Below, one piece after another: positions 1 to 13,110 of a DNA stretch of 64,000 bases. The translations under genes and the position numbers were made by a program. The stretch is from Lingula anatina (taxonomy: Eukaryota; Animalia; Brachiopoda): assembly GCA_051362555.1 (NCBI GenBank), contig CM120648.1, forward strand, positions 14,752,587 to 14,816,586, written 5' to 3'. Positions within the stretch are counted from its first letter, which is position 1; every line of letters begins with the position of its first letter. Under the pieces are notes generated by a model. That model ran no database searches, was not told the DNA's origin, and saw only the letters and a list, made by a program, of their open reading frames with translations.

Positions 1-10
1 GGATATTTAG

Positions 11-215
11 ATGATATTTGAACGCAGCATGTTTCATGATACGATAGCAGGTGGTGGAGAAACACTTGGAAACTTTCAGATAGACGACATGCTTTTGGGG
101 CTTGCACGTCGTGATGTTCGTCGGCTCCTTATACCGCAGAGGAAATGGTCGAGGATTAGAGTATCTACCCCGTGTAAAGTGAGGCCACATATCTGTCGCT
201 CTTGATAAATGGAAT
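11..215 (+). other. Possible exon of an unidentified gene extending from upstream of the window (64-aa ORF 11..205, then ATG-GAA-T followed by a splice donor)
   Basis: Non-repetitive sequence ending in a consensus donor GTAAGT at 216-221. TTTAG precedes the ATG at 11. No family recognised. Confidence 0.3.
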
Positions 216-843
216 GTAAGTGTCTTATTTCTTGTCTGCAAGAACCGTCTGGAATATCCATCTGTAAGTTTGATAAAAACAAGTAACTCTTGAGTTTAGG
301 CGTGGATACACGAAATGCGGGCGCGCGCGCACAAACACCTACTCACTCTTTAACGCACACAAACTCAAATAAAAGAAATGCATCAAAAATTCAGTTTTGA
401 GTTTTTATTAAACCCCCTCAATAGTATTCATTAATTCGTTTGAGCTTATATACCCTGTTCGCCAAAATCAGACTACAATCGACTTTACAAAATTGGTTGT
501 TTTAATATTGCCAAATATTGTTGATAATTTTGAATGGATCTATGTAAAGAAGACCGCCTAACATTAAATTTTTAAGGCAGGTAGTTATCATACCTTTTGC
601 AATAACTAGCCCATTTTGGTGATTTTACCTGCATGGGTTACGGGTTATCCCATGAACCGATCGTTATTTGTGTCTAATTCGAATTGTTTTTCTATAGTTG
701 AAAAACGCATCGACAGAAAGCAAGGGTACTTTAGCTCAATGACAACTCTACCTGTTATCGTTATAGTGATTTGCACAGTCACTTGCTATACTCTATAAAA
801 AGAAAATGAAAGAAAAAAAACAAAGTTACTTGTATATTTCATG

Positions 844-996
844 CATGGGCGTCTGCAGGGGGGTTAATGGGGCCAGTTGACCCCCCCCCCCCCTTGGAAT
901 TTTGGCGGGCACGTTAATTGCGGGTACCTGACCAATCATTATCTCCCCCCTTCAATGACTTTGAACCCCCTGAAAAATCTTCTGCGGAAGCCCATG
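844..996. mobile_element. Short hAT-like MITE
   Basis: Imperfect 15-bp TIRs CATGGGCGTCTGCAG / CTGCGGAAGCCCATG. Flanked by a near-identical 8-bp duplication ATTTCATG / ATTTCAGG. An 8-bp TSD is typical of hAT. Confidence 0.6.
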
Positions 997-2406
997 ATTT
1001 CAGGGTATATAACCCTATCAAAACTATTGTTACTTGTCGAAAAATCCTGTTAGTCTTAAGATGCAGGCTGACATATGAAAACAGAAAGAGAATAAAAAAA
1101 TCTTGTTGGCGGTAAGTTAAAACACGTCTTACCTTGAGGGTTTACCCTAAGGTTGTAACTGCGTAATCGTAGGCTTATGAGGCAGAACCCCATCAATGCA
1201 AAAGTTGACAACAAAAAATAACAGGTTGAGCCACGCATTGTATCCGATATCAAACTTAATATATAACAGTTTTCTTTAAACATATATTTACGCAGGCCTG
1301 TTTGTGGTTATGATGCCAAGCTGTTAATCTATTTATGTGAATTTTATATCATGGACTCATTAATTTCCAATGAAATTATCGTTCTACGTGGATCGATCTC
1401 AGGCCTAAACAACTATGTCCAGGAATTTGGTGAAAAATTGTGCATTTTTTTACCTACAAGCATGAAATTTGGCACACTTATGGACAATGAAATTCTAAGT
1501 AAATTTGGATATATATGGGCATGTCTGAAAATTCCAAAATGGCCGTCAAATCAAAGATGGCCACCAAAATACCTTTTCAAATTAAAACTTCAAGTACATA
1601 GTCTTCTAATGACTTAAAATATCATATAAAGGTTAGAAAACACCATGGTATGAATCCTTCAGGTGTATAAAATCCAAAATGGCCACCAAAAGTAAAAAAG
1701 CAGACCACTTATTCAAGATATCCATTAGGATGGTGAATTCATCATGCACTTAAAGCTACAAGCATAAAATTTGGCACATTTGTGGACAATGAAATCCTGA
1801 GCAAGTTTGGATGTATTGGCGTGTCCGAAAATTCAAAAATGGCCGCCAATCCAAGGTGGCCTCCAAAAATACGGCTTCTCATTAAAACTTCAAGTATATA
1901 GTCTTTTAAGGGCTTAAATATCATATAAAGTTTAAAAAACACCACAGTATTAATGCAGTATCAATATCTGCTTCTTTATGTGTATTAAATCCAAAATGGC
2001 CGCCAATAGTAAAAAGCAGTCCACTTATCCAAGATATCCAGCAGAGTGGTGAATTCATCAAAAACTACATGCATGGCATTTGGCACATTTGTATAAATGG
2101 GATTCCAAGCACTTTTGGATGTATGGGCATGTCTAAAAATTCCAATATATGGCCCCCAAATCCAATATGGCCGCCACAAATACCCGTTCAAATTAAAACT
2201 TCAACTATATAATCCTATAATAGCGTACGATAACATTTTACGGTTAGACAAAACTATGGTATAAATGAAGTATCAATATTTGCTTCTTTAGGTGTATAGG
2301 AATCCAAAATGGCCTGCAAAAATAAGAAAAACAGGCCACTCACAGCAGCAGTATGGTGACTTCATCATGCATGTAAAACTACAAGCATGAAAATTGTAGA
2401 GAACAG

Positions 2407-3435
2407 GGGCCGTATTCTCAAAACTTTGTAACTTACGACAATTTGTAACTATTTACGTGAATTTGTAACTTTGACTTACACGGTATTCTCAAAACTCTTG
2501 TAAGTCGGGGACTTACAAACTCTTGTAACTTTTCACGTAACTTTCCGGAAGTGACGTTTGGTCCATGAATAACCAACATCGACGTATTTCACTGCCGTGC
2601 TTTGCGGCGATAAAACGCTTATCTATACATAAAACTATTTTGAAATATATTAAAAATTATTCAGAAAGACGTTTTCCAATATTTTCTTACAAGTTTTCGT
2701 CGGAAAATCCACTCATTTTGAATGTGCTTCCTCCGACATGCGAGCTCAGAAATCGGACTTGGCTCCTCTTGTGGGATTCCCCAGCTGGGATTCCCCAAGT
2801 TTGCCGTTAGCAAAAAGCGCTTTATTTCATTAAATTTACAATGAAAACGTGTGTGAATTTTTCCTACAGTAAGTAGCTTATAATAAACACTCACCACATT
2901 GTTCAAATTTGATACTTGCTTGGATTTCATGCTGTCTTAGGATACCAAAGCCATACAAATAAGTTCACACAATTCCTCTCTATATCTATGCCATTCAGTT
3001 AGATATAAAAATGTAATTTTTTATTTTAATATATAGACGTTGTTATTAAATATGAGTGAGTATATTTGATTTCTACTCACGTTTGCTCTGATTTTTTTAT
3101 GATGAAAAATTAATAAATGATATTTTCATGTTAAGCCACAATAACAAAAATTAATTCACACAAATAAGTTGGCCCAATATTTCAAAAATGACATTCAATT
3201 TAATATGAACATTTTATTTTTAAATAAAATTGATAATTGTGATTAATTAATGGGTGTTAGTATAAAAGTGAAAATATTTTTTCAGTACACCTTTGTTGTT
3301 ACCATAAAGAGTGAGTATTTTATGTCAGTATGAAATGCACATTGTACTGGTAAAAATGAACATGTACCTACAGGTTGGCTAGTATAAGCAGTAAAAAAAT
3401 GATAATAAAGGATTTTGTAAATAAATAAAAAAAAC

Positions 3436-3487
<52 letters not shown>

Positions 3488-5588
3488 ATTAGGTCAATGA
3501 TTACTCAGTCACATTTTCAATAATTTCAGGTATTTTTTGTTTCATATCATATCTACTAATTTACACTCACTGAATACTAAAAATATTTTTTCCTTCTGGA
3601 TTTTTTCACCAACAGTTGTCATATGAGATGTAAATTCTTTACAAGTGCCCATGTTCTTGTTTTATTTCACTGCAGCTGAGACTTACAAAAACTTGACAAA
3701 GATTCATGTAGTGTATGTGTATAAAATGTGTGTGGGTGACACAGTATACATTCATGAAATATGAATCTGTTGCTGGGTACACCCAAAATTATTTCATTTT
3801 AGGTGTATTCAATCATTTTGAACCTTGAAAAGTGCTTGAATTTAGTTTTTAACCTGGATGCATAAAGGCAGTAATTCACAGGAAGGGGAGACATTCCTTT
3901 TTGGACATTATTTAATTTCTATTTTTTAATGTTTCATCACCACTGTGTATAAAATTTAATTTAAATGATATATTACTTCCTCTTTTCTTTGTTATAGAAA
4001 CTTATGAGTGACTTTACATTGCCCTCATTTGCATTAAAAGAGTCATTGAAAAGCAATTGAATTAGTCCCAAAATTCTTATTAAATCCTTGAATTTGTTAT
4101 TAGTGTTCATGTATGAACCTTGACATTGCACACTTTAATCATAAAAAGTTACACAAACATCCATGATAACTCACAAAAAATTAAAATAAAAAGTGAAAGG
4201 CAATGATTATCCCTAAAACTGACTTAAGAAAAAAAGAAAAGAAAATCTGTTTTGTGACTAAAAAGTACAAAAAGTACAAGCCACGGTTAACATATATTTC
4301 ATTGCGAATTATAAGATGTTTCTATTTGTTTACTCAAATTAAACAAACCAGTTTCCTGAATATAGAAGGAAATTCACTGTACAGTGCATGCAATTTTAGT
4401 TTCAGTCATAACAATTGTGATAAGAAATACAAAATACTTCTTTATCCAAAACAAAACCCAAAATAATTCCTTATGAGCAATATATGATGGAAAGAGACAT
4501 AATCTTGTTTGTGGGTGAATGTATGTGTGAGTGCATCATAAAGGAGAAAATACAGAAAAAAATGATATGCATTTAAACTTTCAGTTATTATTACTGTTAT
4601 TATTTATGATGAAATAAATAATCATTTTATATTCATTATTATTGTAACAAGACTAAACATTTGTATTCTATGAGGAACTTAAATAATGAAATATACTTAT
4701 TTCTTTTGCAAGAAGGTTTTTTCTTATTTTAATTAAAATTATGGTATATACTGGTTTTATTTTCCCTTATCTTAACACTGCAGCAAGTAGATGGGACTAT
4801 GCAGGAATTATATTTTGCAGTATGAATCAATTTCAAAATGAAACAGTAGCAAGAAAACAGCTATAATGGTTATGATCAAAGTGCAACCTAAGCAAGTGTC
4901 AGTTTACTCTAAATTAGAAAATTAGAACTTACTCTGTAACTGTGTAATAAGTACAATGTTATGTAAGGAAAGCCATAAGTGGAATACTATCAAAAATGCC
5001 AATATTTACAATCTTTTACTAACGCACACATTACTAGTAAGTCTTTTTTGGTATTTAAAACAGTTTAAGTCATTTGTTTTTTCCATCAGTGATGATTACC
5101 TCATTATTCACAACACTTATAGTTATTTCACGTGCTTTAAAAAATGTTAGTTTTCGTTTTAATTTAAAAATTCGGACACCCTGCCAAACTTCCAATGTTG
5201 CCATTACGCGATCGACAGAAACGTATTATTCTCAACTAAATCGTTGATTTTAGGCAACTAACCTGAAATATCCGAAAGGTTAACCTTTCTCGCCTATAAT
5301 AATAGATCCATGGTTAAATAATTTTACTTGCTGTCAAAAATATCCAACAATAAACACGAGCATAAAATTTCAGCAGACAACACTCTCTCCCCGACTTTTC
5401 ACCAAATGCGCATGCGTACAACTTTTCGGAGCGACTTACAACAGGTCGGAGGCAGTTGTAAATTTACGTGCATATTTACAAGAGTTTGTAACTTACAAAC
5501 CTTCGAGAATACCAACTTACGTGAACGATCAGACTTACGTGAAAAGTTACAAGAATTTGTAAGTTACAACCTTTCGAGAATACGGCCC
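2407..5588. mobile_element. Non-autonomous PIF/Harbinger-like element nested in the left TIR of the larger element
   Basis: TIRs GGGCCGTATTCTCAAAA... / ...TTCGAGAATACGGCCC with subterminal GTAACTTAC repeats. 3-bp TSD CAG at 2404-2406 and 5589-5591. Removing it restores GAGAACAGGATTCTAAGCAA, which matches the host TIR copy at ~7685-7705 (reverse complement). Confidence 0.85.
3437..3485. repeat. (AAT)n microsatellite
   Basis: Direct reading. Confidence 0.95.
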
Positions 5589-5672
5589 CAGGATTCTAAG
5601 CAATTTTTTTATATAGGGACATGTCTGAAAATTCTAATGTGGCCACCAAAACTCTTTTAAAGTAAAAATTCT

Positions 5673-7460
5673 ACTTCATAATCTTATAACAGCCTTTTAT
5701 CTTCTTTGGTTTGAAAATAGAGCTCCGTTTAGATGCATTATCAGAAACCGCTCCTTTAGTTACATTAAGATCCAAATGACCGTAAAAAGTGGAACAGGAC
5801 TCCTTTTGGTCCAGTTGTGACACCACATGCAGCATTTCTATAAATGCCAAAGGATATGAAAATGTCAAGGTATTTTCACAAATAAGTCTTAAATTAACGA
5901 AAGTTATTTCATCAAGTAGGTGTTGCATATTTTATGGGCGATCAACCTATTACTTTACTAAATGGACAATATCTCAACAGAGGATAACAGCGAGCTAGAC
6001 CGAAATTGCAAGTTTATATGCTTTTAAAACATTGACTTGTTTTCATTTTCAATTTGCAAGGGACTTACATGTCACATATTTTTACATATCTACTTATTTG
6101 GTTAAATAATTTTCATTCATTAATGTGTGCCTAGCTTTAGATGGGTTTCCCTCAGCTTTCACAGGATTTGCCTAAAGCTATAGCTTCTACTTGTAATCCA
6201 CATTCCCCAACAAAATACCAAGAGGCATTGGTCATTTTTAACACCAGAAAGCATCAGTGTACATGCATGAGGGACAATATGAATATGAAAGTGTGGTAGG
6301 GCATATTAGTAGATGTAGGTTATTAGTGTGAACCCATATAGGACCAGTCTCCCAATGCTTCTGACTCCCCTCACCACAGTTAGCAATTGCACACATAACT
6401 ACGAACAAATGTGGTAGGAGCTACCTGCGAGAGGCAATTTTGTTATCTGGGTAAGTGAATACTCCCCATGGCTTCATTCTGGATTGTCCCACAGAGACAA
6501 TAATGCCGGAAATCTCGATGAATTTTTATCTTTCAAAGTCCATATTGCACTAATTTCTTGGTATAATCCTCAGAATACACCGTGAATTTTTGAAGCTTTA
6601 TATGCATTAACTTTCTGAAGGATTAATTCTTTGATTATCATGTTCAGTTATTTGAAAGTATAAGTTAGTAACTAAACAAGTTGCCAAATGATCAAATGAA
6701 AGTTTTTTAATTGCACGAAGTTTGAAGCCTGCAATGCAACTCTTGGATAGAGCACGTATCAACACCTGCCCTTTGTTTGGGGTATTTCTTTGCTCATCAA
6801 TTTTCACTAAATCATCGGTAGCCATTACTGCGAATGTATTAAATCCATTTCTTGAAATAAGAAGCTTTTCTAATTTACTTCTGAAGCACAGGATAACATC
6901 ATAAGATTACAACTGTGCCCCTGCTTTTAGTACTTTACCAATGCAAAGAACCAAATTGTTGAAACCTGTATGTTTGATTAGCTGTCATTTTTGTTATATG
7001 TGTGAGCATTTGATCACGAATTGTGATTTAAAACTCCGTCCTTACAGCACATTTATATTGTGAAGCGCCATGCACTGATGTAGCTGAAGAATCATAACCA
7101 ACAGACAAAATTGGTACAACCCAAGCTTTTTTATATTTGCCTTTTTGAGGCTAAGTTATTTTGGTGTTTCTTTCACATTTTATGGATTTTGCACGATACT
7201 TTTTTTCTTAGAAAGGGGGAGTCACCCATGAGTGCCATTTAAGTAGATCGCTAACTGGGAATTGATCTAAATGAGAATCCAGAGCAAAAGGCCAAACTAT
7301 TTATGTTGGTTTAGCAAAAGAAGGACTGTTTTCAGTGCACAATAAATGTATCATGCTTGATGTAATTTATACAAACTCTGTAGAATAGCCCCTGCACAAG
7401 TAGGAATATACTGATTATACAGGTTGTTGCAAAGCCCACATGCCAATTCACGAGTGATTA
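5673..7460 (-). pseudogene. Heavily decayed internal coding region of the long-TIR element (probable transposase relic)
   Basis: Fragmented minus-strand ORFs (6607-6825, 5671-5928) lie between the two TIR arms. Frameshifted motifs include ELACGLC...FYRVCI (RING-like, ~7369-7449), YSYCPSC and IVPHA (~6260-6290). Many stops. Confidence 0.45.
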
Positions 7461-8139
7461 CAATTCAATACATGTGGCCCACTGACTTTTGGAGGCCATT
7501 TGGAATTTTAAAATCTAAAGTGGCAGATACTGATACTACATACATACTATGGTATTTTCTAACCATTAAATGTTATTTTTATAAAAGACTATACAAATAA
7601 CTTTCACCTTGAAAGGGTATTTTGGGGGCCATATTGAAATTGACTGCCATATTGGTATTTTCAGACATGCCCCTATATCCAATGTTGCTTAGAATCATGT
7701 TCTCCACAACTGTGCCAATTTTTATGCTTGTAATTGTAAGTGCTTGATGACTTCACCAAACTACTGCATATTTTGAGTAAGTAGACTGCTTATTTTACTT
7801 TTGGAGGTCATTTTGGATTTCTATACACCTTAGAAGCGGATGTTGATAATTCGTTCAAAGCATGATATTTTCCAACTATAAAATGATATTTTAAACCATT
7901 ATAGGACTGTACATGTATATTAGAGGTTTTAATTTAAAAGAGTATTTGTGACGGCCATATTGGATTTGGCGGCCATATTGGAATTTTCAGACATGCCCAT
8001 ATATCCAAAATGGCTTAGAATTCCGTTATTTACAACTGTGTCAAATTTCATGCTTGTAGGTAAAAAATGCACAATTCACACTTTTTTCTGCACCAAATTC
8101 TTGGACTATAAGAGAATCGGCACCGAATGACCCCGAATT

Positions 8140-8186
8140 CGGACCACACCCATATGGACCCCTCCCCCCCTGTAAATCCGCCACTG
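8140..8186 (-). mobile_element. Terminal fragment of the CAGTGGCGGATTTACAGGGG MITE family
   Basis: CCCCCTGTAAATCCGCCACTG is the reverse complement of the start of the element at 14246. Confidence 0.55.
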
Positions 8187-8518
8187 GTCTGCTCCTCTTT
8201 CAAACTGACAATCCGCTCTAATAATTCCGGCCAGTAAATTTGATAAGTAGGGTACCAAAAAAGTATGACAGTTTTTTACTCCCACCCTCCATCTCTCGGA
8301 TGTACATGTACACATGAAGACAAAATTGATCACAATTCTTGTTTTAATGCATGAAGTAAATTGACAAAATTAAAACTTTTTAATACAACATTCGCCACTA
8401 AGCTGTACCCTATTCCTCATCCTGCGGCCCGGCATTACACTGGTAAGTTCGGCTCGGCGACTTGCATTGTATGTATCGCTTATTGCAATGTCCAGGATGC
8501 TTACCCAGCGGTGGTTTA

Positions 8519-8745
8519 AGCCTCGGTCACAACCGGCCGTACGGGCTCTTACGGGCTGTTTGCGTCAAAATTTTGCGCAGAATCTCGCTTCCCACGCAAG
8601 TCCTTCTTACGAAATTTCGAGTTCGCATACCACCCGTAAGCACGTACTTTCCTCTACCTCTACGACTTCCACGGCTTCCGCAACAACCAAAAATCGCAGC
8701 GGACGTACGATCCTGAGATTCGTGCGTCCGGTTGTGACCGAGGCT
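8519..8745. mobile_element. PIF/Harbinger (Tourist-like) MITE, 227 bp
   Basis: Perfect 18-bp TIRs AGCCTCGGTCACAACCGG / CCGGTTGTGACCGAGGCT. TTA TSD at 8516-8518 and 8746-8748. Confidence 0.85.
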
Positions 8746-10304
8746 TTATTCATCCGCTATTTAGGTTCACTTCGGAATCAGCTTCGTCTCCAAGAAAACA
8801 ACATACATGTACCTGTACAGAGTTTAGGATGTTACTCACACAAAGATCCGACGCGGATTTCTTTGGCATTTTCTTTTAATTGTTTACTGCAATCTATACC
8901 CCTATCAATAAACCTGAGAAAGCAATCCGCTTACCGCACATTTTCGTGAATGGGCATCCAAACGTAAGGACATTTAGAGGAATGTGTGATATATTGAGAT
9001 ATTTTTAGGCTGAATTAGGAGATTGGTAGATATGTCCATAAAACGAGAGACTCCCGACAAGATCGGGATATTTACTGGTATGGGCCACAGACTGATCGGC
9101 GTTTGAGAAATTATAGAATTCATATAAACTACTCAAAAAATAACTCTATCAAATTCATCAAATAGCCCAATCCACCGATTGTAAGAAGCAAACAAAACAA
9201 CGAGAGGACATGTTCGGAAAGTCGATATTCATCCTAGAGCAAGGTGCAATACTGTTATAAGCTGTCCATTAAGTGAGGTTTATGAGCCACATTGTTTGAT
9301 TGTTAGCATTTTATTATTAGTTCACTCATTCATAGAAGCAAGGTGTTTTTACACTTATGTATTTATGATATCCAATGTAAAATAACAATAATTGATCTTC
9401 ATTTCTGCATTCATTTGCTTAAACATATATAAGAAAATGCACATTTTATATGAATAAAAGTAAACATCAAATGCAAAACATTGTTGACACTATGTTGCAC
9501 AATTCAATGACAGATTATCAGTGGGTCTGGTTGATGACACTTATGTGAAAAATATTTGTGTATTTTAAATGATGCAATTCAACATGTACACCGATTACAT
9601 GAGCATATGAAGTCAAATTAAACGACCATGATTTGAGAAACCTGTTAAGTATATTTTTATTTATATATAATAAAATGCTCGATTGAAGGCTCATGATTGA
9701 TATGTGTTGTGTGCAATAATTGTTCATAGGTAAGTAAATATAACGCCGTAGATGCTGTTACTAAGCAGCTTTTAAATTTATTTAGCAGAACCTACAAAAG
9801 CTTTCTTGTTGATAAAGGATAGCCATCTATTTCCGCATATCAGACAATCTGTGGGAAGTGCACTGTACAAATTTTTTTTAATTTCTTGCAAACTTCTCCA
9901 TATATCCTTTAAAAGTTTTCTTTATTTCTTATGCTTCTGCTCACAATTCTGAATAAATAGAATATCTAGCAATCCTATTGTGTGCAAGCTACCAGGGTGA
10001 CAACTTCAAAAGAACCAATGGACACTGCACATTTGACTTCAGGCATAGATTTTCTTTAACTATTCCAGTCAGGCCACGTGACAAAAGGTTTAGAGTGTAC
10101 ATATATGACATTGTAACATGTAGCCAAAGAATGCATATTATTACAGTGTACTTGTTAAAGTAACATAAAGTGTATAATTGGGATCAGGTTCAGGATAAGA
10201 CAAATTTGCAATAAATGAATTGTGAATATTTTTCTTACCAAAGATTGCAACACCACCAACAAAAATTCTTGTTACAATATATGGTTACAAGTTTCTAAGC
10301 ACAC

Positions 10305-10580
10305 CAGGGGCGGATCCAGGATAATTTGAAGGGGGGGGTCCGTTTTTTAGGAATAACAGGCCTCGGATACGAAGCCGACCCTCGCCCCCCTTCCATCCCC
10401 CTTGACGTCGGGTTCGGGCCCGGTATTTTAGAGGGCGAACGGTGCCATTAGGTACGATCTAGAACTATGATTAAGCTAGTCAAAATTCTAATATCAAGAG
10501 AGGAGTATTGGTGTGATTTATTTTTCAGAAACCGAATGGGGGGCCAGGGCCCCCCTGACATCCCCTTAAACCCTCCACTG
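10305..10580 (-). mobile_element. MITE of the CAG(G/T)GGCGGAT family (reverse orientation relative to 14246-14513)
   Basis: Starts CAGGGGCGGATCCAGGATAATTTGAAGGGGG and ends CCTTAAACCCTCCACTG. Internal TATTTTAGAGGGCGAACGGTGCCATT is the reverse complement of 14391-14416. No clear TSD. Confidence 0.75.
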
Positions 10581-10720
10581 CTTAGACTGCAGTGTTTTTC
10601 CTGTGCTGCGGTCTCGGCCTCATTGTGACGGCTAGCACAAAATTCATACGTTGTACTGGTTGTGCTTACGCACGGCAGGACAGGTCTCAAAAAGTGTTGA
10701 CTCTCGACCACTTTGCGCTT

Positions 10721-10721
<1 letters not shown>

Positions 10722-10754
<33 letters not shown>
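10722..10754. repeat. (CA)n microsatellite
   Basis: Direct reading. Confidence 0.95.
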
Positions 10755-10759
<5 letters not shown>

Positions 10760-11299
10760 AAGAACCAGCCCGTCCCTTCCTGTGTTGACGTGAAAATAGA
10801 GGGCAGGGGGCTTTTAAAACACCATTCTATTTATAGCTCGCTCTCCGACTGCCTTGGGCAGCCGTAGGTGTGTGAGGAGGGGGCCTTTCCCCAATATATT
10901 TTGAAATATCCCATTGATGTTGTGATTTTGTCATGTAAACCAAATGTTGGTCTTCAAAATGGAAGATAGACTGCCTTGTATGAATAAAATTAACAAAGCT
11001 AGGCGGGACTAGTCTCTATAGTAGACAGCGTATGGAGTATTGCTCTCTACAAAAATTGCCCCGTTCATGAGAAGACGCGTTACTGTCTACCATTAAAAGA
11101 CCCAGTTCAATAGAAAATGGAACGACTTTTTATATCAACCCTGTATCAATTTCTGATTCCCCAACGAGTAAATTCTGAATCATTCTTACGTATATAGAGA
11201 TTAAAATAGATTAAAATAAATGAAGAGAGCGAGAGCGAGAGAGGTTGAACAATAAGAATGGAACTATACGGCATTTCGGTACTGAGTTTACTTGTGAAT

Positions 11300-12496
11300 G
11301 ACCCTTAAATTGGGGCTTATGTAAGCTCAGTATCTGTGGGTATTTTTAAGGGCAAATTTGGGACAAAGGAAGCCAAAATATGAAGTTGCCTCGTACACAA
11401 TTTTTTAGTGCACTTCTTTTGTTTACGTACTAAAAGAGAGGAATGTCAAGACTCGCCTACTGCCCCCGGTTCTTCTGTTTAAACCCCTTTGACTTATCTG
11501 CTGACAAACCGACTTTTCTCGACCTGAGCTTAAAACTACGGAAGATTTTTACCTAATCTGGGTTATAGAAACAAGTTAAAGATGTTTTCCTATGACAGAT
11601 TAGTTGACAAAAAAAAATACTGAGAGAAAAAAGCTTCATTTTTAGTGTCACTTGCGGTATGAAACATTAATGTACTGCACGTCGAATATTAACTGCAAAA
11701 AGCATGCCAGGAAATCTATTGCATTATAATATGCGCCTTCAGACAAAAATTCATAGAATGTGCTAAATGAGGCAAAGTTGTTGTCAATGCTGAATTAATT
11801 TTGTTTTTACTTAAAAATAGAATAGAATAAATTAGATAAAAAAGTATGTTTTCAAGTAAATATTCAATCAAATATTAATTCTTATACGGCGTAGCAACCA
11901 TTTTATATATAACAAAAAGATAATATTTTACCAATCCGATGAAATATAGTATGAAATATTGAACGAACAACTTCCATAAATTCAACCAAGAATTTCAAGT
12001 CTTTCATTAAACCGGCCTTACTTATTCCACTATCAGTTTATTTTAATAAAATTAAAAATTTCAAGCGTTATTGAAATCTGGAGTTTTTTTATACATGAAG
12101 TACTAACAATATATCGCAGATTAAAGCTCGAAAGATTGTTATTTCATTGCATAAAATTGTTTTCAATTTTAATTTGGCAGTTTTAATTGTGTAGTTTATT
12201 TAAAAAGATCAGTTTTCACGCACGCTCCTGCCAATATACAGAGACGGGCTACTTATTGCCCCGGCCCTTTATAAGGAACAAACAAAACCGGTGCTTTTTA
12301 ATTTTACCTGGCCACTAACATCATTATCTCGGCATTTTTTTCTCTCCGTAGCTCATGAGAAAAAGGCAAAGTTTTATTGTTTATACCATTCGTTTTTTTT
12401 AAATGGTCGAAAAATATTCATTGGGTGTAAAAGAACATGAATAAGTTCAGTTCGTATACGAAGTTCCGATTTCGTAAGAGCACCAAAGAAAGGGTC
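11300..12496. mobile_element. Putative old non-autonomous DNA transposon
   Basis: Imperfect inverted ends GACCCTTAAATTGGGGCT / AGCACCAAAGAAAGGGTC, flanked by AT on both sides. AT-rich non-coding interior. Confidence 0.3.
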
Positions 12497-12847
12497 ATGT
12501 ATAGTCATTTTACATCATATCCAGAAAAAGAATGACAACTGATTTTTAGTACAATTAAAAACAACTGTGAAAGAACCCGGGACTCTTTCACGTTGTTAAA
12601 TTTCAGTCTCTCGGTTGAAATAAAGAACCCGAGGTTTTTTTAACGAGCTGCAAAAAAAGAAAATAGAATGCCCCCTACCTGCAGAATGCTACAACATGTA
12701 TTGTTATAGACAGGTATGGATCAGATTCAAACAGGCTAATCCAACTTTGATAGAAGCTGTCAAGCGTACACGACTATGAATGACAGTTTTTTAAACAAAC
12801 GGCAAACACAATTGCTACACTCTTCTCTCTGAACATGTAAAACTCCA

Positions 12848-13110
12848 ACATCCTTTGATTGACAAGATGCCAATCAAATTCAGTTAATTTTGATATTTGC
12901 TGTCAAGTAATAACAGCTGGATTGGCAGGTTATATAAACAAACGTCAATCAAATAATTTTACAGTAGATCACTACAGTCGTCGAACACGTTACGTTCAAG
13001 CTTCCTACATCCTTTGATTGACAAGGTGCCAATCAAATTCAGTTAGTTTTGATAGTTGCTGTCAAGTAATAACAGCTTGATTGGCAGGTTATATAAACAA
13101 ACGTCAATCA
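12848..13110. repeat. Two ~104-bp direct repeats with 159-bp spacing
   Basis: ACATCCTTTGATTGACAAG...ATATAAACAAACGTCAATCA at 12848-12951 and 13007-13110, with few substitutions. Confidence 0.9.

Larger units (their letters stand above)
1414..8108. mobile_element. Large decayed DNA transposon with long subrepeated TIRs (TAGT..ACTA-type ends, Academ-like)
   Basis: Left end TATGTCCAGGAATTTGGTG...TGTGCATTTTTTTACCTACAAGCATGAAATTTGGCACA is mirrored at 8036-8108 (...TCAAATTTCATGCTTGTAGGTAAAAAATGCACAATT...CACCAAATTCTTGGACTA). The left arm is built from ~300-315-bp subrepeats (units near 1455, 1757, 2066, 2380), with inverted copies at ~7470-8108. The superfamily is inferred from the terminal TAG only. 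Confidence 0.75.

Noticed and set aside
8467-8949. 160-aa + strand ORF
   Set aside because: Largely spans a GC-rich MITE with TIRs and a TTA TSD. No recognisable domain.
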